The notes below the pieces were generated by a model. That model was not told the origin of the DNA, did not search any database, and saw nothing but the letters and a program-made list of their open reading frames with translations. From Peptococcia bacterium (GTDB lineage: Bacteria > Bacillota > Peptococcia > Peptococcales > SKKY01), in contig OZ245787.1 in the NCBI GenBank assembly GCA_965228015.1, forward strand, positions 1,377,536 through 1,441,535: a stretch of 64,000 bases of DNA. The letters run 5' to 3'. Position 1 is the stretch's first letter, and each line of letters starts with the position of its first letter. This document shows, piece after piece, positions 41,548 through 53,342 of the stretch. The position numbers were made by a program, and so were the translations under genes.

Positions 41548-42803
41548 TGTTGGATTTAAAATTTATTAGAGAAAATTCTGAAATAGTAGAAAAAGCTTTA
41601 GAAAAAAGAGGGGCAAAAGTTGATATAAAAAGAGTGTTGGAACTTGATGAGAGCAGAAGAAAATTATTAACTGAAGCAGAGGAAAAGAAGAATTTACGTA
41701 ACACCATTTCAAAAGAAATCGGTTTATTAAAAAAAGAAGGCAAAGATGCGTCGGAAGTAATGAATAAAGTTGGCGATCTTGGAGATAATATAAAAGAACT
41801 AGATATTAAGATAAGAGAAGTAGATGGAGAGTTAGGAGACATTTTGCTTCTTATTCCAAATATTCCTCACGAAAGTGTTCCTGTCGGATTAAAGGAAGAA
41901 GATTTCCGGCTTGAAAAAACTGTAGGAGAACCAAAAAAATATGGTTTTGAAGTTAAGGCCCACTGGGACTTGGGAGAAGACTTAAACATCCTTGATTTTG
42001 AAAGAGCAACAAAAGTAACAGGCGCAAGGTTTACTTTTTATAGAGGGATGGCAGCACGTTTGGAGAGAGCGTTAGTCAGTCTTATGCTTAATACACATTC
42101 AAATGGAGATTACATTGAATTATTGCCTCCTTTTATGGTAAATTCTGCAAGTATGACAGGAACAGGGCAGTTGCCAAAATTTGCTGAGGATATGTTTAAG
42201 CTTGAAAATACAGACTATTATCTTGTTCCAACAGCGGAGGTACCAGTTACAAACTATTACAGAGATGAAATTTTAGATGAAAAAGAACTTCCAATTTCTT
42301 ATTGTGCATATACTCCCTGTTTTAGAGCAGAAGCTGGTTCATATGGAAGAGATACAAGAGGAATAATAAGACAACATCAATTTAACAAAGTTGAACTTGT
42401 AAAATTTGCACATCCCGATGATTCTTATGAGCAGTTAGAAAAGCTTACTAAAAGCGCAGAATCTATTCTTGAAATCCTTGAACTTCCTTACAGAAGAATT
42501 GCACTTTCAACAGGGGATTTAGGGTTTTCATCAGCGAAAACATATGATCTTGAAGTATGGTTACCAAGTTTTGAAGGATACAGAGAGATTTCTTCCTGTA
42601 GTAATTTTGAGGATTTCCAGGCTAGAAGAGTTAACATCAGGTTCAGAGGTGCTGATGGTAAAGTAAGATTTGTTCACACTTTAAATGGTTCTGGATTAGC
42701 CGTTGGAAGAACAACAGCAGCAATAATGGAGAATTACCAAAATGAAGACGGAAGTATTACTGTACCGAAAGCATTAATTCACTATATGGGTGGAGTAGAA
42801 TAA
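41547..42803 (+). CDS. serS: Seryl-tRNA synthetase
   Basis: [36 protein letters not shown] and [13 protein letters not shown] motifs. Confidence 0.99.
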   Translation: MLDLKFIRENSEIVEKALEKRGAKVDIKRVLELDESRRKLLTEAEEKKNLRNTISKEIGLLKKEGKDASEVMNKVGDLGDNIKELDIKIREVDGELGDILLLIPNIPHESVPVGLKEEDFRLEKTVGEPKKYGFEVKAHWDLGEDLNILDFERATKVTGARFTFYRGMAARLERALVSLMLNTHSNGDYIELLPPFMVNSASMTGTGQLPKFAEDMFKLENTDYYLVPTAEVPVTNYYRDEILDEKELPISYCAYTPCFRAEAGSYGRDTRGIIRQHQFNKVELVKFAHPDDSYEQLEKLTKSAESILEILELPYRRIALSTGDLGFSSAKTYDLEVWLPSFEGYREISSCSNFEDFQARRVNIRFRGADGKVRFVHTLNGSGLAVGRTTAAIMENYQNEDGSITVPKALIHYMGGVE

Positions 42804-42833
42804 ATTACAAAATAAATTACAAAAAATATTGCA

Positions 42834-44381
42834 GTTAGTGTAAAATAATTATGGGTAAAAAAACAAAAAAATATTAGAGCAACTCCTTATGTTACAATTA
42901 AATCGCTAAACCAAATCGCAAAAAAGGAGAAACTCTAATGAATAATATTATACATGAAATTGCAACTAAAATCAGTAAAGAAATAGCAGAAAATATGGAA
43001 ACAACTTTAATTGAGGGAAATAATATATCTGAATTCATTTTAAAAACCAAAAAAATGCTGGATGAAGTTGGGGTTGCAATTACAGAAAAAGTACTTGAAA
43101 CTGTAGATATTTTAGTTAAAAAAGATTGTGCAAGAAAAAGAGACTGGAAAATAAAGGAAACAAAGTCGAAGAAAAGTTTGGCGACGATATTTGGTGAAGT
43201 AACCTATAAAAGAACGTATTATGTTCATAAAATTACCGGTGAATATAAATACTTATCTGATGAAGCTGTTGGTATTGAAGCAAATGACAGAATGGATATA
43301 TTGCTAGAATCAATGTTAATAGAAGAAGCAATAGAGACACCATACAGAAAAAGTAGCGAAAAAATATCGAAGAATGTATATCTTACTAGTCAAACAGTAA
43401 TGAATTCTATTAGAAAGCTTAAAGATATTTCTAATCATGCAGCACCAGTGAAAAAACTGATTCTCAAGCTAAGATTTTGTACATCGAAGCTGATGAAGAT
43501 CATGTTTCACTTCAAAGAGGAACATGTGCCGAACCTAGATTAATTTATGTTCACGAAGGTAAGTGAAAGGTAAGTAAAGATAGATATGAATTAATAAATC
43601 CCAGATACTTTAGTGGTCTCTACCGAGATAGTGCTGATTTATGGCTTGAAGTAGCTGATTATATTGATAGCAACTATGAAGAAGAAACTATTGAAAAGAT
43701 ATATTTATCAGGAGATGGAGCCAACTGGATAAAACAAGGCAAAGAATGGATTAAAGATAGTATCTATGTTTTAGATATATATCATTTGTCGAAATATATA
43801 AAGAAGGCAACTGCTCATATGAAAGGCACACACCAAATGATGTGGTATTACATAAATACGAAAAGGAAAGATTTCGTAAAAGATTTATTCAAAGCAATAA
43901 TTGAAGAAACAGAATCAGAAACAAAAAATAGAAGCAATAAAAGATGCTAGAAGTTATGTGTTAAACAATTGGGAAGGTATAATGAATCAATATGACCCGG
44001 ATTATATAGGTTGTAGCACAGAAGGCCATATTAGTCATATATTATCTGCAAGATTAAGTTCAAGGCCTCTAAGCTGGTGCAGAGAAGGTGTTGATCAAAT
44101 GTCACGTCTGAGGGCTTTTAAGGCTAATTCAGGTAATGTATATGATTTAGTAAAAGAAAGAAGCAAGAAAAACAGAAACAAGAATCATAAAATTAGAAAG
44201 CTGTGTTATAAAAAAGCTACGAACCTAATATCAGATGAGAAATTCGGCAATGTGCCAGTAGTTTTAACTGGTAAGAGAACTTGGAAAAGAGAATTGTTTA
44301 AAAGGATAGCGAGTGCGATTTAGCACGTAATACATACAAGGGGTTTTTATTCTTTTAAAACCCATAATTAATTGACACGAT
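42834..44381 (+). mobile_element. ISLre2-family IS, right copy (inverted relative to 30109-31658)
   Basis: Same ends, near-identical sequence with a few substitutions, and no duplicated flanks. Confidence 0.88.
42938..44323 (+). pseudogene. ISLre2 transposase with the same two frameshifts
   Basis: Frames 42938-43543, a middle frame and 43901-44323. A6 breaks near 43452 and 43923. Confidence 0.85.
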
Positions 44382-44397
44382 TAATTTTTATAATATC

Positions 44398-44426
44398 TTG
44401 ATAATTAACTAAGATTAGTATATAAT
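44398..44426 (+). promoter_or_regulatory. Sigma-A promoter of the rpmH operon
   Basis: TTGATA-17 nt-TATAAT. Confidence 0.75.
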
Positions 44427-44494
44427 TTCATGGTCAATGAGAATGATAAAGATTTATATTATATAAGATGGTTTTAATGGAGGTGTAGTTAAAA

Positions 44495-44629
44495 ATGAAA
44501 AGAACATATCAGCCAAGTAAAAGAAAAAGAAAAAGAGTTCATGGCTTTAGAGCTAGAATGGCAACTGTTGGTGGAAGAAATGTATTAAAAAGAAGAAGAG
44601 CAAAAGGAAGAAAAGTTTTATCTGCATAA
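44495..44629 (+). CDS. rpmH: 50S ribosomal protein L34 (absent from the ORF track)
   Basis: [44 protein letters not shown] with a GGAGG RBS. Confidence 0.99.
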   Translation: MKRTYQPSKRKRKRVHGFRARMATVGGRNVLKRRRAKGRKVLSA

Positions 44630-44668
44630 GTTAGTTTTTTAAGTCCTTTTTAAACAGAGGGACTTATT

Positions 44669-45022
44669 TTGGAGTTGAAAGCTTTGCTTAAATCAGAGAA
44701 CCGGTTAAGGAAAAACAAAGAATTTAAAATTACTTATAAAAAAGGAAAGTCTTTTGCGAACAGAGATTTTGTAGTTTATTATAAGAAGAATTTTTTAGGA
44801 TTTTCCAGGATTGGTTTTTCTGTATCTAAGAAGGTTGGTAAAGCTTGGAAAAGAAATGAAATAAAAAGAAGATTAAGAGAAATATTAAGGAAAAATGACT
44901 CCTTATTATCAAAAAGTTATAATATTATCATAATTGTAAGACAAACGATAAAAGATACAGATTATTTTTTCGTTGAAAAATCTCTTAATCATGCTTTAAA
45001 GGGATCTGAGCTAATTGATTAA
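44669..45022 (+). CDS. rnpA: Ribonuclease P protein component
   Basis: [25 protein letters not shown] (RNR motif), in the expected position. Confidence 0.96.
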   Translation: MELKALLKSENRLRKNKEFKITYKKGKSFANRDFVVYYKKNFLGFSRIGFSVSKKVGKAWKRNEIKRRLREILRKNDSLLSKSYNIIIIVRQTIKDTDYFFVEKSLNHALKGSELID

Positions 45023-45224
45023 AAATATTTTAATTATTCTTATCAGAGGATATCAAAAGTTTCTTTCTCCTTTACTTGGAAAGAATTGCAGGTTTTGTCC
45101 AACTTGTTCTCAGTATGCAATAACTGCTTTACAAAAATATGGTTTACTTAAAGGAAGTTTTTTAGCAGTCAAAAGAATTTTAAAATGTAATCCTTTTCAC
45201 CCCGGGGGATATGATCCTGTTTAA
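45015..45224 (+). CDS. yidD: Membrane protein insertion efficiency factor YidD
   Basis: [11 protein letters not shown] and [16 protein letters not shown] motifs. Confidence 0.95.
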   Translation: MIKNILIILIRGYQKFLSPLLGKNCRFCPTCSQYAITALQKYGLLKGSFLAVKRILKCNPFHPGGYDPV

Positions 45225-45280
45225 TAATTTGTATTAAAATAAATATCGGGAGGTGGAGCCTGTTTTAAACAGGTGTTAAT

Positions 45281-45937
45281 TTGAGTATTTTAAATGATTT
45301 TGTTGTATCTTTAATTACATATTTTTATACGATTTCAGTAAAGATTGGTTTACCAAGTTATGCATTAGCAATTATAATTTTGACTATTTTAATAAAAATA
45401 GCATTATTCCCTTTGAGTGTTAAGCAAATGAAGTCTATGAAAAATATGCAAAGTATACAGCCAGAGGTTCAAAAACTTCAGAAAAAGCATAAAAATGATA
45501 AAGAAAAATTAAACAAAGCTACTATGGAGTTATATCAAAAATACAATGTAAATCCGGCAGCAGGATGTTTGCCTTTATTGGTTCAAATGCCTATTTTATT
45601 TGCATTATTTAATTCGTTGAGAGCATATCCTTTTGAACCAGCTGAACATGCAACTTTTTTTTGGATAAATAATTTAACTAATCCGGATCCATTATATATT
45701 CTTCCTATATTAGTAGGTATTGCAACTTTTTTCCAAAGTAAATTAACTGCTGCTAGTTCAGGACCAGCAGGGCAAAATAAAATGTTATTATATTTTCTAC
45801 CTGTAATGATTGGTTATATAAGTTTACAATTCCCAGCAGGTCTATGTTTATATTGGGTTGTTTTTAACGCGATGGGCGTACTTCAGCAATATATAATTAA
45901 TCGTCTTCCTGACTCGAATAAGGAGGCAATAGAATGA
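45281..45937 (+). CDS. yidC: Membrane protein insertase YidC/SpoIIIJ
   Basis: GCLPLLVQMPIL and PAGLCLYW motifs, in the expected position. Confidence 0.96.
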   Translation: MSILNDFVVSLITYFYTISVKIGLPSYALAIIILTILIKIALFPLSVKQMKSMKNMQSIQPEVQKLQKKHKNDKEKLNKATMELYQKYNVNPAAGCLPLLVQMPILFALFNSLRAYPFEPAEHATFFWINNLTNPDPLYILPILVGIATFFQSKLTAASSGPAGQNKMLLYFLPVMIGYISLQFPAGLCLYWVVFNAMGVLQQYIINRLPDSNKEAIE

Positions 45938-46560
45938 GAGTAATTGAAAAATCAGGAAAAACAATTGATGAAGCAGTTAAAGCAGCTTTATCCGAATTAA
46001 ATTTAAAAGAAAATGATGTTGATATTGAAATATTAGAAGAACCAAAAAATGGTTTTTTAGGTTTTATTGGTGGCAAAGATGCTTTAGTTAGAGTTACTAA
46101 AAAAGAAAGTAATTTAAACAAGATAAATGAATTTTTACAGGTTCTTTTTGATAAAATGAGATTGAACCCTGAGATCTCGATAAAAGAAAAAGAGGGTAAT
46201 ATTTTAGTCAACCTTCAAGGAGAAGACTTAGGAATATTAATTGGCAGAAGAGGAGAGGCTTTAGATTCTTTGCAGTTTCTGGTAAATCTGTTTGTCAACA
46301 AGTCTAGTGAAAATTATAAAAAAGTAATTATTGATATAGAGGATTATAGAAAAAAGAGAGAAAATACATTATACAGCCTGGCAGAAAAATTATCCAATAA
46401 AGTTAAAAGAACAGGCAGAAAGATTTCTTTAGAACCAATGAGTCCTCAAGAAAGAAAAATTATTCATATGGCGTTACAGGAGAATAAAAGTGTAAACACC
46501 TATAGTGAAGGTGAAGAACCTTTTAGAAAAGTAGTAATAGCTCCTAAACGAAATTACTAA
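45934..46560 (+). CDS. jag: RNA-binding protein Jag/EloR/KhpB
   Basis: Jag_N, KH (GILIGRRGEALDSLQ) and R3H (ERKIIH) domains. Confidence 0.95.
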   Translation: MRVIEKSGKTIDEAVKAALSELNLKENDVDIEILEEPKNGFLGFIGGKDALVRVTKKESNLNKINEFLQVLFDKMRLNPEISIKEKEGNILVNLQGEDLGILIGRRGEALDSLQFLVNLFVNKSSENYKKVIIDIEDYRKKRENTLYSLAEKLSNKVKRTGRKISLEPMSPQERKIIHMALQENKSVNTYSEGEEPFRKVVIAPKRNY

Positions 46561-46611
46561 AATTTTGCCAGTAATCTTTTGATTACTGGCTTTTTTGCAA
46601 GGAGGAAAGAT

Positions 46612-47994
46612 ATGAAATTTACAGATACTATATGTTCAATAATAACAGGCATTGGCCCTGCGGCAGTTTCTATTATTCGTTTGAGCGGCGATGATTCAAT
46701 TGAAATTGCTGGAAAATTGTGGGGAGGAAGAAAAAACCTAAAATCTATTGAAAGTCACAGGGCTGTTTTGGGAAATATTATTGATAACTTTACAGGTCGG
46801 CTTATAGATGAAGGATTGTTTATTATAATGAAGGGGCCAAAATCTTATACTGGTGAGGATGTTGTTGAAATACAGTCACATGGCAGCTTCATTGGAATTA
46901 ATTATATTCTGGAACTGCTTATAAAGAATGGAGCAAGACATGCAGAACCTGGAGAATTTACTAAGAGAGCTTTTTTGAATGGAAAGCTGGATCTAACAAA
47001 AGCAGAAGGAATTATAGATTTAATAGAAGCTAAAAATAAACAGGGATTACAATTTGCTTCAAGAACTTTATCCGGGAAAAATTTTTCTGAAATAAATTCT
47101 TTAGTATCTAATATTGTAGAGTTGCTTGCATATCTTGAGGCAAGTATTGATTTCCCTGAGGATGATGTTCCGACTCTTTCAAAAGAAAATAAAATTGAAA
47201 AGATTACAAATATTAAGGAAAATATTGAAATATTATTACAAAGAAGTGAGAAAATTAAATATATTAATGAAGGAATCAGGATTTTAATACTAGGGGAACC
47301 AAATGTAGGAAAATCCAGCTTTTTAAATCTTTTGTTAAATGAAGAACGAGCTATTGTTTCTGATATACCAGGAACAACAAGAGACACTATAGAAGAATAT
47401 CTTACAATTGGGAAGATTCCGGCTAAAATAATTGATACTGCAGGGATAAGGAAAAGTGAAGATGTAATAGAAAAAATTGGTATTGAAAAGGCAAAAGAGG
47501 GAATAGAGAAAGCAGATCTAATTATTTATATGATAGATGTATCAAATAAATATATTTTTGAAGATGATGATATATTTGATTTAATTAAAAATAAGAATAA
47601 AATAATACTATTAAACAAAATTGATACAATAAACGATGTTAAAGACATTATGGATATTAAGAGGTATTTCCCAGAAGAAAAAGCCTTAAACTTTTCTACG
47701 GTAAAAAAAAAATATCTTGAACTCCTTGAGAAGGAAATTGAAAATATTTTCATTGATTCAGATTATGATTTTAATGAAGGCGCTTTTATAACTAATGTCA
47801 GACAAAAAAGTCTTTTGGAAAAAGCACTAATATATATCAATCAAGGGTTACTTTCTGTAAGCAAGGATATGGAGGATGACTTTATTACAATTGATTTATA
47901 TGATGCAAAAGCAACTTTAGAAGAAATAATTGGAAATAATATTAATGAAGATATTATGCATGAAATTTTTAGTAAATTTTGTATAGGAAAGTAG
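46612..47994 (+). CDS. mnmE: tRNA modification GTPase MnmE
   Basis: [39 protein letters not shown] and FCIGK motifs. Confidence 0.98.
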   Translation: MKFTDTICSIITGIGPAAVSIIRLSGDDSIEIAGKLWGGRKNLKSIESHRAVLGNIIDNFTGRLIDEGLFIIMKGPKSYTGEDVVEIQSHGSFIGINYILELLIKNGARHAEPGEFTKRAFLNGKLDLTKAEGIIDLIEAKNKQGLQFASRTLSGKNFSEINSLVSNIVELLAYLEASIDFPEDDVPTLSKENKIEKITNIKENIEILLQRSEKIKYINEGIRILILGEPNVGKSSFLNLLLNEERAIVSDIPGTTRDTIEEYLTIGKIPAKIIDTAGIRKSEDVIEKIGIEKAKEGIEKADLIIYMIDVSNKYIFEDDDIFDLIKNKNKIILLNKIDTINDVKDIMDIKRYFPEEKALNFSTVKKKYLELLEKEIENIFIDSDYDFNEGAFITNVRQKSLLEKALIYINQGLLSVSKDMEDDFITIDLYDAKATLEEIIGNNINEDIMHEIFSKFCIGK

Positions 47995-49904
47995 GTAGTT
48001 TAGTGTCTTATATTGGTGAAAAATGTGATGTTGTCGTTGTTGGTGCAGGTCATGCTGGATGTGAAGCAGCTTTAGCCTCAGCAAGAATGGGATTAAAAAC
48101 TATTGTATTTACTATAAGTCTGGATAATATAACTTTGATGCCCTGTAATCCTTCCATAGGAGGACCAGCTAAAGGCCATTTAGTTAGAGAAATAGATGCA
48201 TTAGGTGGTGAGATGGGCAAAAATATTGATAAAGCATATATGCAAATTAAATTGTTAAATACATCCAAGGGACCAGCTGTTCATGCTCTTCGTGCCCAAG
48301 CAGATAAAAAGAAATATCAGCAGGAAATGTATCTGACAATGTCCAAAGAAAAGAATCTTAAGGTAAAACAAGCAGTAGTTGAGAAAATTATTGTTGAAGA
48401 TGGTTTGGTAAAAGGAGTCCAGATACAGACGGGGGGTATGTTTTACTCAAAAGCTGTAGTAATTACAGCAGGTACTTATATGGATTCAAGGATTATAATT
48501 GGCGACTTGTTAGTTAAGTCTGGACCTCAAGGATTTATGACAACTGATTTGCTATCAAAATCTTTAAGGGAAAATGGTGTAGAGTTACTAAGATTAAAAA
48601 CAGGTACTCCATCCAGAATAGATGCAAACACCTTAGACTACACTAAAATGTCTATTCAGCCAGGTTCAGACGAAGGTCTTTATTTTTCCTTTGATAATTA
48701 TAAAAGGGAAAGAACTGAAAAAAACATTCCATGCTGGCTTACCTATACAAATGCTGAAACTCATCAGGTTATAAAAAATAATCTTCACAGATCTCCATTG
48801 TTTTCTGGAGTAATACAGGGGACAGGTCCTAGATATTGTCCCTCCATTGAGGATAAAATTGTTAGATTTGCAACTAAAGATCAGCATCAATTATTTATTG
48901 AGCCTGAAGGAGAAAACACCAATGAAATTTATGTTCAGGGAATGAACACCAGCCTTCCTGAGGAAGTTCAACTTGAAATGCTCAGAACAATACCTGGATT
49001 GGAAAATGCAGAAATATTGAGAACTGGATATGCTATTGAATATGACGCGGTTAAACCCTCTCAGCTAAAATTAAATTTTGAATTAAAATTGATTTCTGGT
49101 TTGTTTACTGCAGGACAAATTAATGGTACTTCTGGATACGAAGAAGCTGCTGCTCAGGGGATTCTTGCAGGGATAAATGCAGCCTTAAAAGTTAGGGGAG
49201 AAGAATCTCTTATCTTATCAAGAGCAGAGGCTTATATGGGAGTATTGATTGATGATCTTTTGACGAAAGAAACCACTGAACCGTACAGGCTTTTAACTTC
49301 AAGATCGGAACACCGCCTATATTTAAGGCAGGATAATGCAGACTTAAGGTTGACTGAAAAAGGTCATAAAATAGGATTAATCTCTGAAGCTAAATTTAAA
49401 GAATTTGCTGATAAAAAAGAGATTATTTCCCGGGAAATAAATACTTTAAAGAGAATATTGCTTCAACCAAGCAACCCGGAATTAAGAATGTTATTAGAAG
49501 AAAAAAATAGTCCTGAATTTAAGCAATCTATTTCTCTATATGACATCCTAAAAAGAAATGAGATTAGTTATTCTGATTTAGTTAGATTTGCTTTTATTCC
49601 GGGTGTTCATAGAAAGGATGTCCAAGAACAGATTAACATACAAATAAAGTATGAAGGCTATATTGAGAAGCAGTTAAAGCAAATTGAAAAGTTTAACAAG
49701 CTTGAAAACAAGGGATTGCCTGAGGAACTTGATTATTCGGAGATTTCTGGCTTGCGAAAAGAGGCATGTCAAAAGTTAAACAATATTAAGCCTGTTTCTG
49801 TTGGCCAGGCTTCAAGAATTCAGGGAGTTTCCCCGGCTGACATTTCTGTATTAATGATATATCTTGAGAAAATAAGAAGGGGAAATGATGAGCAAAATAT
49901 TTAA
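47979..49904 (+). CDS. mnmG: tRNA uridine-5-carboxymethylaminomethyl enzyme MnmG/GidA
   Basis: [28 protein letters not shown] and [13 protein letters not shown] motifs. Probable start is GTG 48003. Confidence 0.98.
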   Translation: MYRKVGSLVSYIGEKCDVVVVGAGHAGCEAALASARMGLKTIVFTISLDNITLMPCNPSIGGPAKGHLVREIDALGGEMGKNIDKAYMQIKLLNTSKGPAVHALRAQADKKKYQQEMYLTMSKEKNLKVKQAVVEKIIVEDGLVKGVQIQTGGMFYSKAVVITAGTYMDSRIIIGDLLVKSGPQGFMTTDLLSKSLRENGVELLRLKTGTPSRIDANTLDYTKMSIQPGSDEGLYFSFDNYKRERTEKNIPCWLTYTNAETHQVIKNNLHRSPLFSGVIQGTGPRYCPSIEDKIVRFATKDQHQLFIEPEGENTNEIYVQGMNTSLPEEVQLEMLRTIPGLENAEILRTGYAIEYDAVKPSQLKLNFELKLISGLFTAGQINGTSGYEEAAAQGILAGINAALKVRGEESLILSRAEAYMGVLIDDLLTKETTEPYRLLTSRSEHRLYLRQDNADLRLTEKGHKIGLISEAKFKEFADKKEIISREINTLKRILLQPSNPELRMLLEEKNSPEFKQSISLYDILKRNEISYSDLVRFAFIPGVHRKDVQEQINIQIKYEGYIEKQLKQIEKFNKLENKGLPEELDYSEISGLRKEACQKLNNIKPVSVGQASRIQGVSPADISVLMIYLEKIRRGNDEQNI

Positions 49905-50601
49905 AGATTATTTTATAAAAGAAAACATAAATATTTCAGACCTGCAACTCAATAATTTTTTAAAATATAAAGATTTGCTTCGTGAATGGAACGAAAAAAT
50001 TAACCTTACTGCCATATTGGAAGATAAAGAAATATTTTACAAGCATTTTATTGACTCTTTGCTTATACTTAAGCTAGATAAGTTGAATTTTGCGGGGAAA
50101 TCTATTATTGATGTTGGCACAGGAGCAGGTTTTCCGGGGCTGCCATTGGCAATAATGATTAAAGAGCTTAATGTTACTTTGTCAGATTCTTTAAATAAAA
50201 GAATGGAATTTTTAAAAAAGGTAGGGAAAGAGTTAGATTTGTCAAACCTTTGTTTCTTAGAAGGCAGAGCAGAAGATTTGGGTAAAAACATTCTATATAG
50301 AGAGAAATATGATTATTCTGTTGCAAGGGCTGTATCCAGAATGCCTGTATTGTTAGAGTATACACTTCCCTTTGTAAAAAAAGAGGGGTTTGTTATTGCT
50401 TATAAAGGACCAGAATTTGAAGAAGAGCTTAAGAACTCAAATAATGTTCTTGAAATACTAGGGGGCAGGGTTGAAAATGTATATAATTTCAAAATTAATG
50501 ATTTTTCAATGGAAAGAAATATTATTTTAATTAAAAAAGTTCAAGTTACTCCTGAAAAATATCCCAGAAGGCCAGGAGTGCCAGTAAAAAAACCACTTTA
50601 G
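49885..50601 (+). CDS. rsmG: 16S rRNA m7G527 methyltransferase RsmG
   Basis: [25 protein letters not shown] and YPRRPG motifs. Confidence 0.97.
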   Translation: MMSKIFKDYFIKENINISDLQLNNFLKYKDLLREWNEKINLTAILEDKEIFYKHFIDSLLILKLDKLNFAGKSIIDVGTGAGFPGLPLAIMIKELNVTLSDSLNKRMEFLKKVGKELDLSNLCFLEGRAEDLGKNILYREKYDYSVARAVSRMPVLLEYTLPFVKKEGFVIAYKGPEFEEELKNSNNVLEILGGRVENVYNFKINDFSMERNIILIKKVQVTPEKYPRRPGVPVKKPL

Positions 50602-50609
50602 GAGGGTAC

Positions 50610-51435
50610 ATGAATAAATTTAATTCGTTACTTGGCTTATCAGTAAATAAGTAGCAGGAAATTATAGAAAAAATTCCTGTTGAATTGATTTCAAGAAATC
50701 CTTTTCAGCCCAGACAGGTATTTGACAATGAATATCTTGAAGAACTTGCTTCATCAATAAAGCAGTATGGAGTTTTGCAACCAATTATATTAAAAAAGAT
50801 TTCTTCTAGGGAGTATATAATTATTGCCGGGGAATGTCGTTTTAGAGCGGCAAAATTAGCAGGCTTAACTGAAATATCATCTATAATAAAAGACTTAGAT
50901 GAAAGCGAAATGGCAGAGATTGCAATTATAGAAAATTTACAAAGAGAAAATCTGAATTATTTTGAGGAAGCGGAAGGCTTTAAGGTTCTTGCGGAACAAT
51001 TTGACATGACTCAAGAAGAAATCGTAAAAAAGTTGGGAAGTCTCAATCAATGGTTGCAAATAAGATCCGGCTTTTGAAATTATCCCCTAAAGTACGTCAG
51101 GAAATCTCCACCGAAGTATTATCCGAAAGACACTTAAGGGCGTTAATAAGGATTCCAGAGGAAGAGAATCAACTAATGATCCTAGGGAAAATATACGAAA
51201 AAAACTTAAATGTTAAACAAACTGAAGAATTAATTAATAATTTTTGTAAGAACGGAAAAACAGAAGAAAAAAGGAAGCTCTTTCGATTAAAGCTTCAAAA
51301 CCATCTGACTATAAACTATTCCAAAACACATTAAAAAAATCCATAGAAAGTATTGAATTTCTAGGCGCCAGAGCTGAGCATAGTGATGTTTTAAAAGATG
51401 ATCACTTAGAAGTTATAATTAAAATATACAAATAA
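50610..51435 (+). pseudogene. noc: Nucleoid occlusion protein Noc (ParB family), nonsense plus frameshifts
   Basis: ATG 50610, then an in-frame TAG at codon 15. NPFQPR, GVLQPI, AGECRFRA (Arg patch altered) and ENLQRENL. Frameshifts near 51040 and 51300. Lies between rsmG and parA. Confidence 0.88.
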
Positions 51436-51457
51436 AACACCGAAAGGTGTTTTATTT
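51431..51457 (+). terminator. Intrinsic terminator after noc
   Basis: AATAAAACACC-GAAA-GGTGTTTTATT. Confidence 0.75.
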
Positions 51458-51509
51458 GTATATTAATGAGGATTACAATATGTTAAAATCTTAAAGTGGA
51501 GGTGAAAAT

Positions 51510-52271
51510 ATGGGGAAAATTATTCCAATAGTTAATCAAAAAGGTGGAGTGGCAAAAACAACTACTGCGATTAATTTATCTGCCGTATTGGCCTTATCTG
51601 GGAAAAAGATTTTATTGGTAGATATGGATCCTCAAAGCAATGCCAGTAGTGGCTTAGCAATTGAAACTGACAATCTTGAATTTTCTATTTATGATGTATT
51701 AATAAATGGAAGGAAGATTTCAGAGACTATACATAAAACAGAAGTAAAAAACCTAGTTGTTTTACCTTCAAACATCCAGCTTGCTGGAGCAGAAATAGAG
51801 CTTGTTTCCATCAATCAGAGAGAGTTTTTATTAAAAAATGCATTAACTGAAGTGAAGAAATTTTTTGATTATATAATTATTGACTGCCCGCCATCTCTTG
51901 GGTTGCTTGCACTAAACTCACTTGTTGCTGCAACTAGCGTAATAATTCCTATTCAATGCGAATATTATGCTCTTGAGGGACTTTCTAAACTTATGAACAC
52001 AATAGAACTTGTTAGAAGCAATTTAAACAAAGACCTTGAAATCGAAGGTGTTTTAATGACAATGTTTGACAGCAGAACCAACCTTTCTATTCAAGTTGTT
52101 GATGAAGTTAAAAAGTATTTTGGCAACAAACTTTTCAAAGCAATTGTACCCAGAAATGTGAGAATAAGCGAATCCCCTAGTTATGGCAAACCGGTTATAC
52201 TTTATGCTCCCAGCTCAAAAGGAGCGGAGATGTATTATTTATTAGGAGAGGAAGTGCTTGAAAATGAATAA
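51510..52271 (+). CDS. parA: Chromosome partition ATPase ParA/Soj
   Basis: NQKGGVAKTTT, DMDPQ, DCPPSLG and QCEYYALEG motifs. Confidence 0.97.
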   Translation: MGKIIPIVNQKGGVAKTTTAINLSAVLALSGKKILLVDMDPQSNASSGLAIETDNLEFSIYDVLINGRKISETIHKTEVKNLVVLPSNIQLAGAEIELVSINQREFLLKNALTEVKKFFDYIIIDCPPSLGLLALNSLVAATSVIIPIQCEYYALEGLSKLMNTIELVRSNLNKDLEIEGVLMTMFDSRTNLSIQVVDEVKKYFGNKLFKAIVPRNVRISESPSYGKPVILYAPSSKGAEMYYLLGEEVLENE

Positions 52272-53148
52272 GAAGGGATTAGGAAAAGGCTTAGGAGCCC
52301 TTATTCCTGGCAATATTCAAAACATATCAGGGGGAAAAACAAAGGAAGAATTTAAAGGAGAGAAAGTTCTCCAAATCCCAATGGATAAAGTAATCCCCAA
52401 CCCAGATCAGCCAAGAAAAAGTTTTAACCAAGAAAAAATTCAGGAGTTGGCCCAATCCATTAAAGAAAATGGTTTAATACAACCTATAATTGTAAGAAAA
52501 AACAAAGACAAATATCAAATAATAGCTGGTGAGAGAAGATTTAGAGCATACACTCTTCTGGGGTATAAAGAAATTGACGGGATAGTAAAGGATTTTGATG
52601 ATAATAAAACCTCCAGAGTAGCACTAATAGAAAATATACAACGGCAAGGCTTAAATCCTATAGAAGAAGCAAAAGCTTACAAAAACCTTATAGATCAGCA
52701 CGGCCTAACCCAAGCAGAACTTGGCGAAATACTGGGTAAAAGCAGATCCGCTATAACAAACTCAACCAGACTTCTGGAGCTTCCGGAGAAAGTGGTTTCC
52801 TTAATTATTGATGGAAAAATCTCCATGGGCCATGGAAGAGCCCTTCTGCCTTTGGAAAAAACAAAGTTGATTGAAGAATCCGCAAAAGAAATTGCTGAAA
52901 AAGGGCTGAATGTTAGACAAGTAGAAGCCTTAGTTAAAAAAAAGCTGGAAGCAAAAAAAGTTGAAGATATTTTTAAGGTAGAAAACGTGGAACTAAAAAG
53001 AATAAAGGAAAATTTACAGACGATCTTTTCTACAAAAGTTGAAATTAAAGGCACAGAAAAAAGAGGGAAAATAGAGCTGGAGTATTACAACCTGGAAGAC
53101 CTAAATAGAATTATAGAAATTATTGATAAAAAGTGGTGTTTCACGTGA
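52258..53148 (+). CDS. parB: Chromosome partition protein ParB/Spo0J
   Basis: KGLGKGLGALI, NPDQPRK, IAGERRFRA, ENIQR and HGRALL motifs. Confidence 0.97.
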   Translation: MKMNKKGLGKGLGALIPGNIQNISGGKTKEEFKGEKVLQIPMDKVIPNPDQPRKSFNQEKIQELAQSIKENGLIQPIIVRKNKDKYQIIAGERRFRAYTLLGYKEIDGIVKDFDDNKTSRVALIENIQRQGLNPIEEAKAYKNLIDQHGLTQAELGEILGKSRSAITNSTRLLELPEKVVSLIIDGKISMGHGRALLPLEKTKLIEESAKEIAEKGLNVRQVEALVKKKLEAKKVEDIFKVENVELKRIKENLQTIFSTKVEIKGTEKRGKIELEYYNLEDLNRIIEIIDKKWCFT

Positions 53149-53152
53149 AACA
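53137..53152. promoter_or_regulatory. parS site 1 (overlaps the parB stop)
   Basis: TGTTTCACGTGAAACA perfect consensus palindrome. Confidence 0.95.
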
Positions 53153-53177
53153 TCACTTTTTATTTTCTAAAATCAAA

Positions 53178-53193
53178 CGTTTCACGTGAAACA
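53178..53193. promoter_or_regulatory. parS site 2
   Basis: CGTTTCACGTGAAACA, one mismatch. Confidence 0.9.
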
Positions 53194-53342
53194 TCGCTGC
53201 CCTTTGCTAGTGTTAGCATCTTAAACAGGAAAGATGGCTTAAAATGGAGTATAAGGGCCTTAAACAGAAAGCTGTCTGCAAATGAGAAGATGGGTAAATT
53301 TAGGGTTTACTATTTTAGAAAATACAAGTAAAATATAGTTGT

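Noticed and set aside
53220-53275. Short direct repeat TTAAACAG(G)AAAG after the parS sites as a structured RNA
   Set aside because: Only two imperfect copies and no recognisable riboswitch core.
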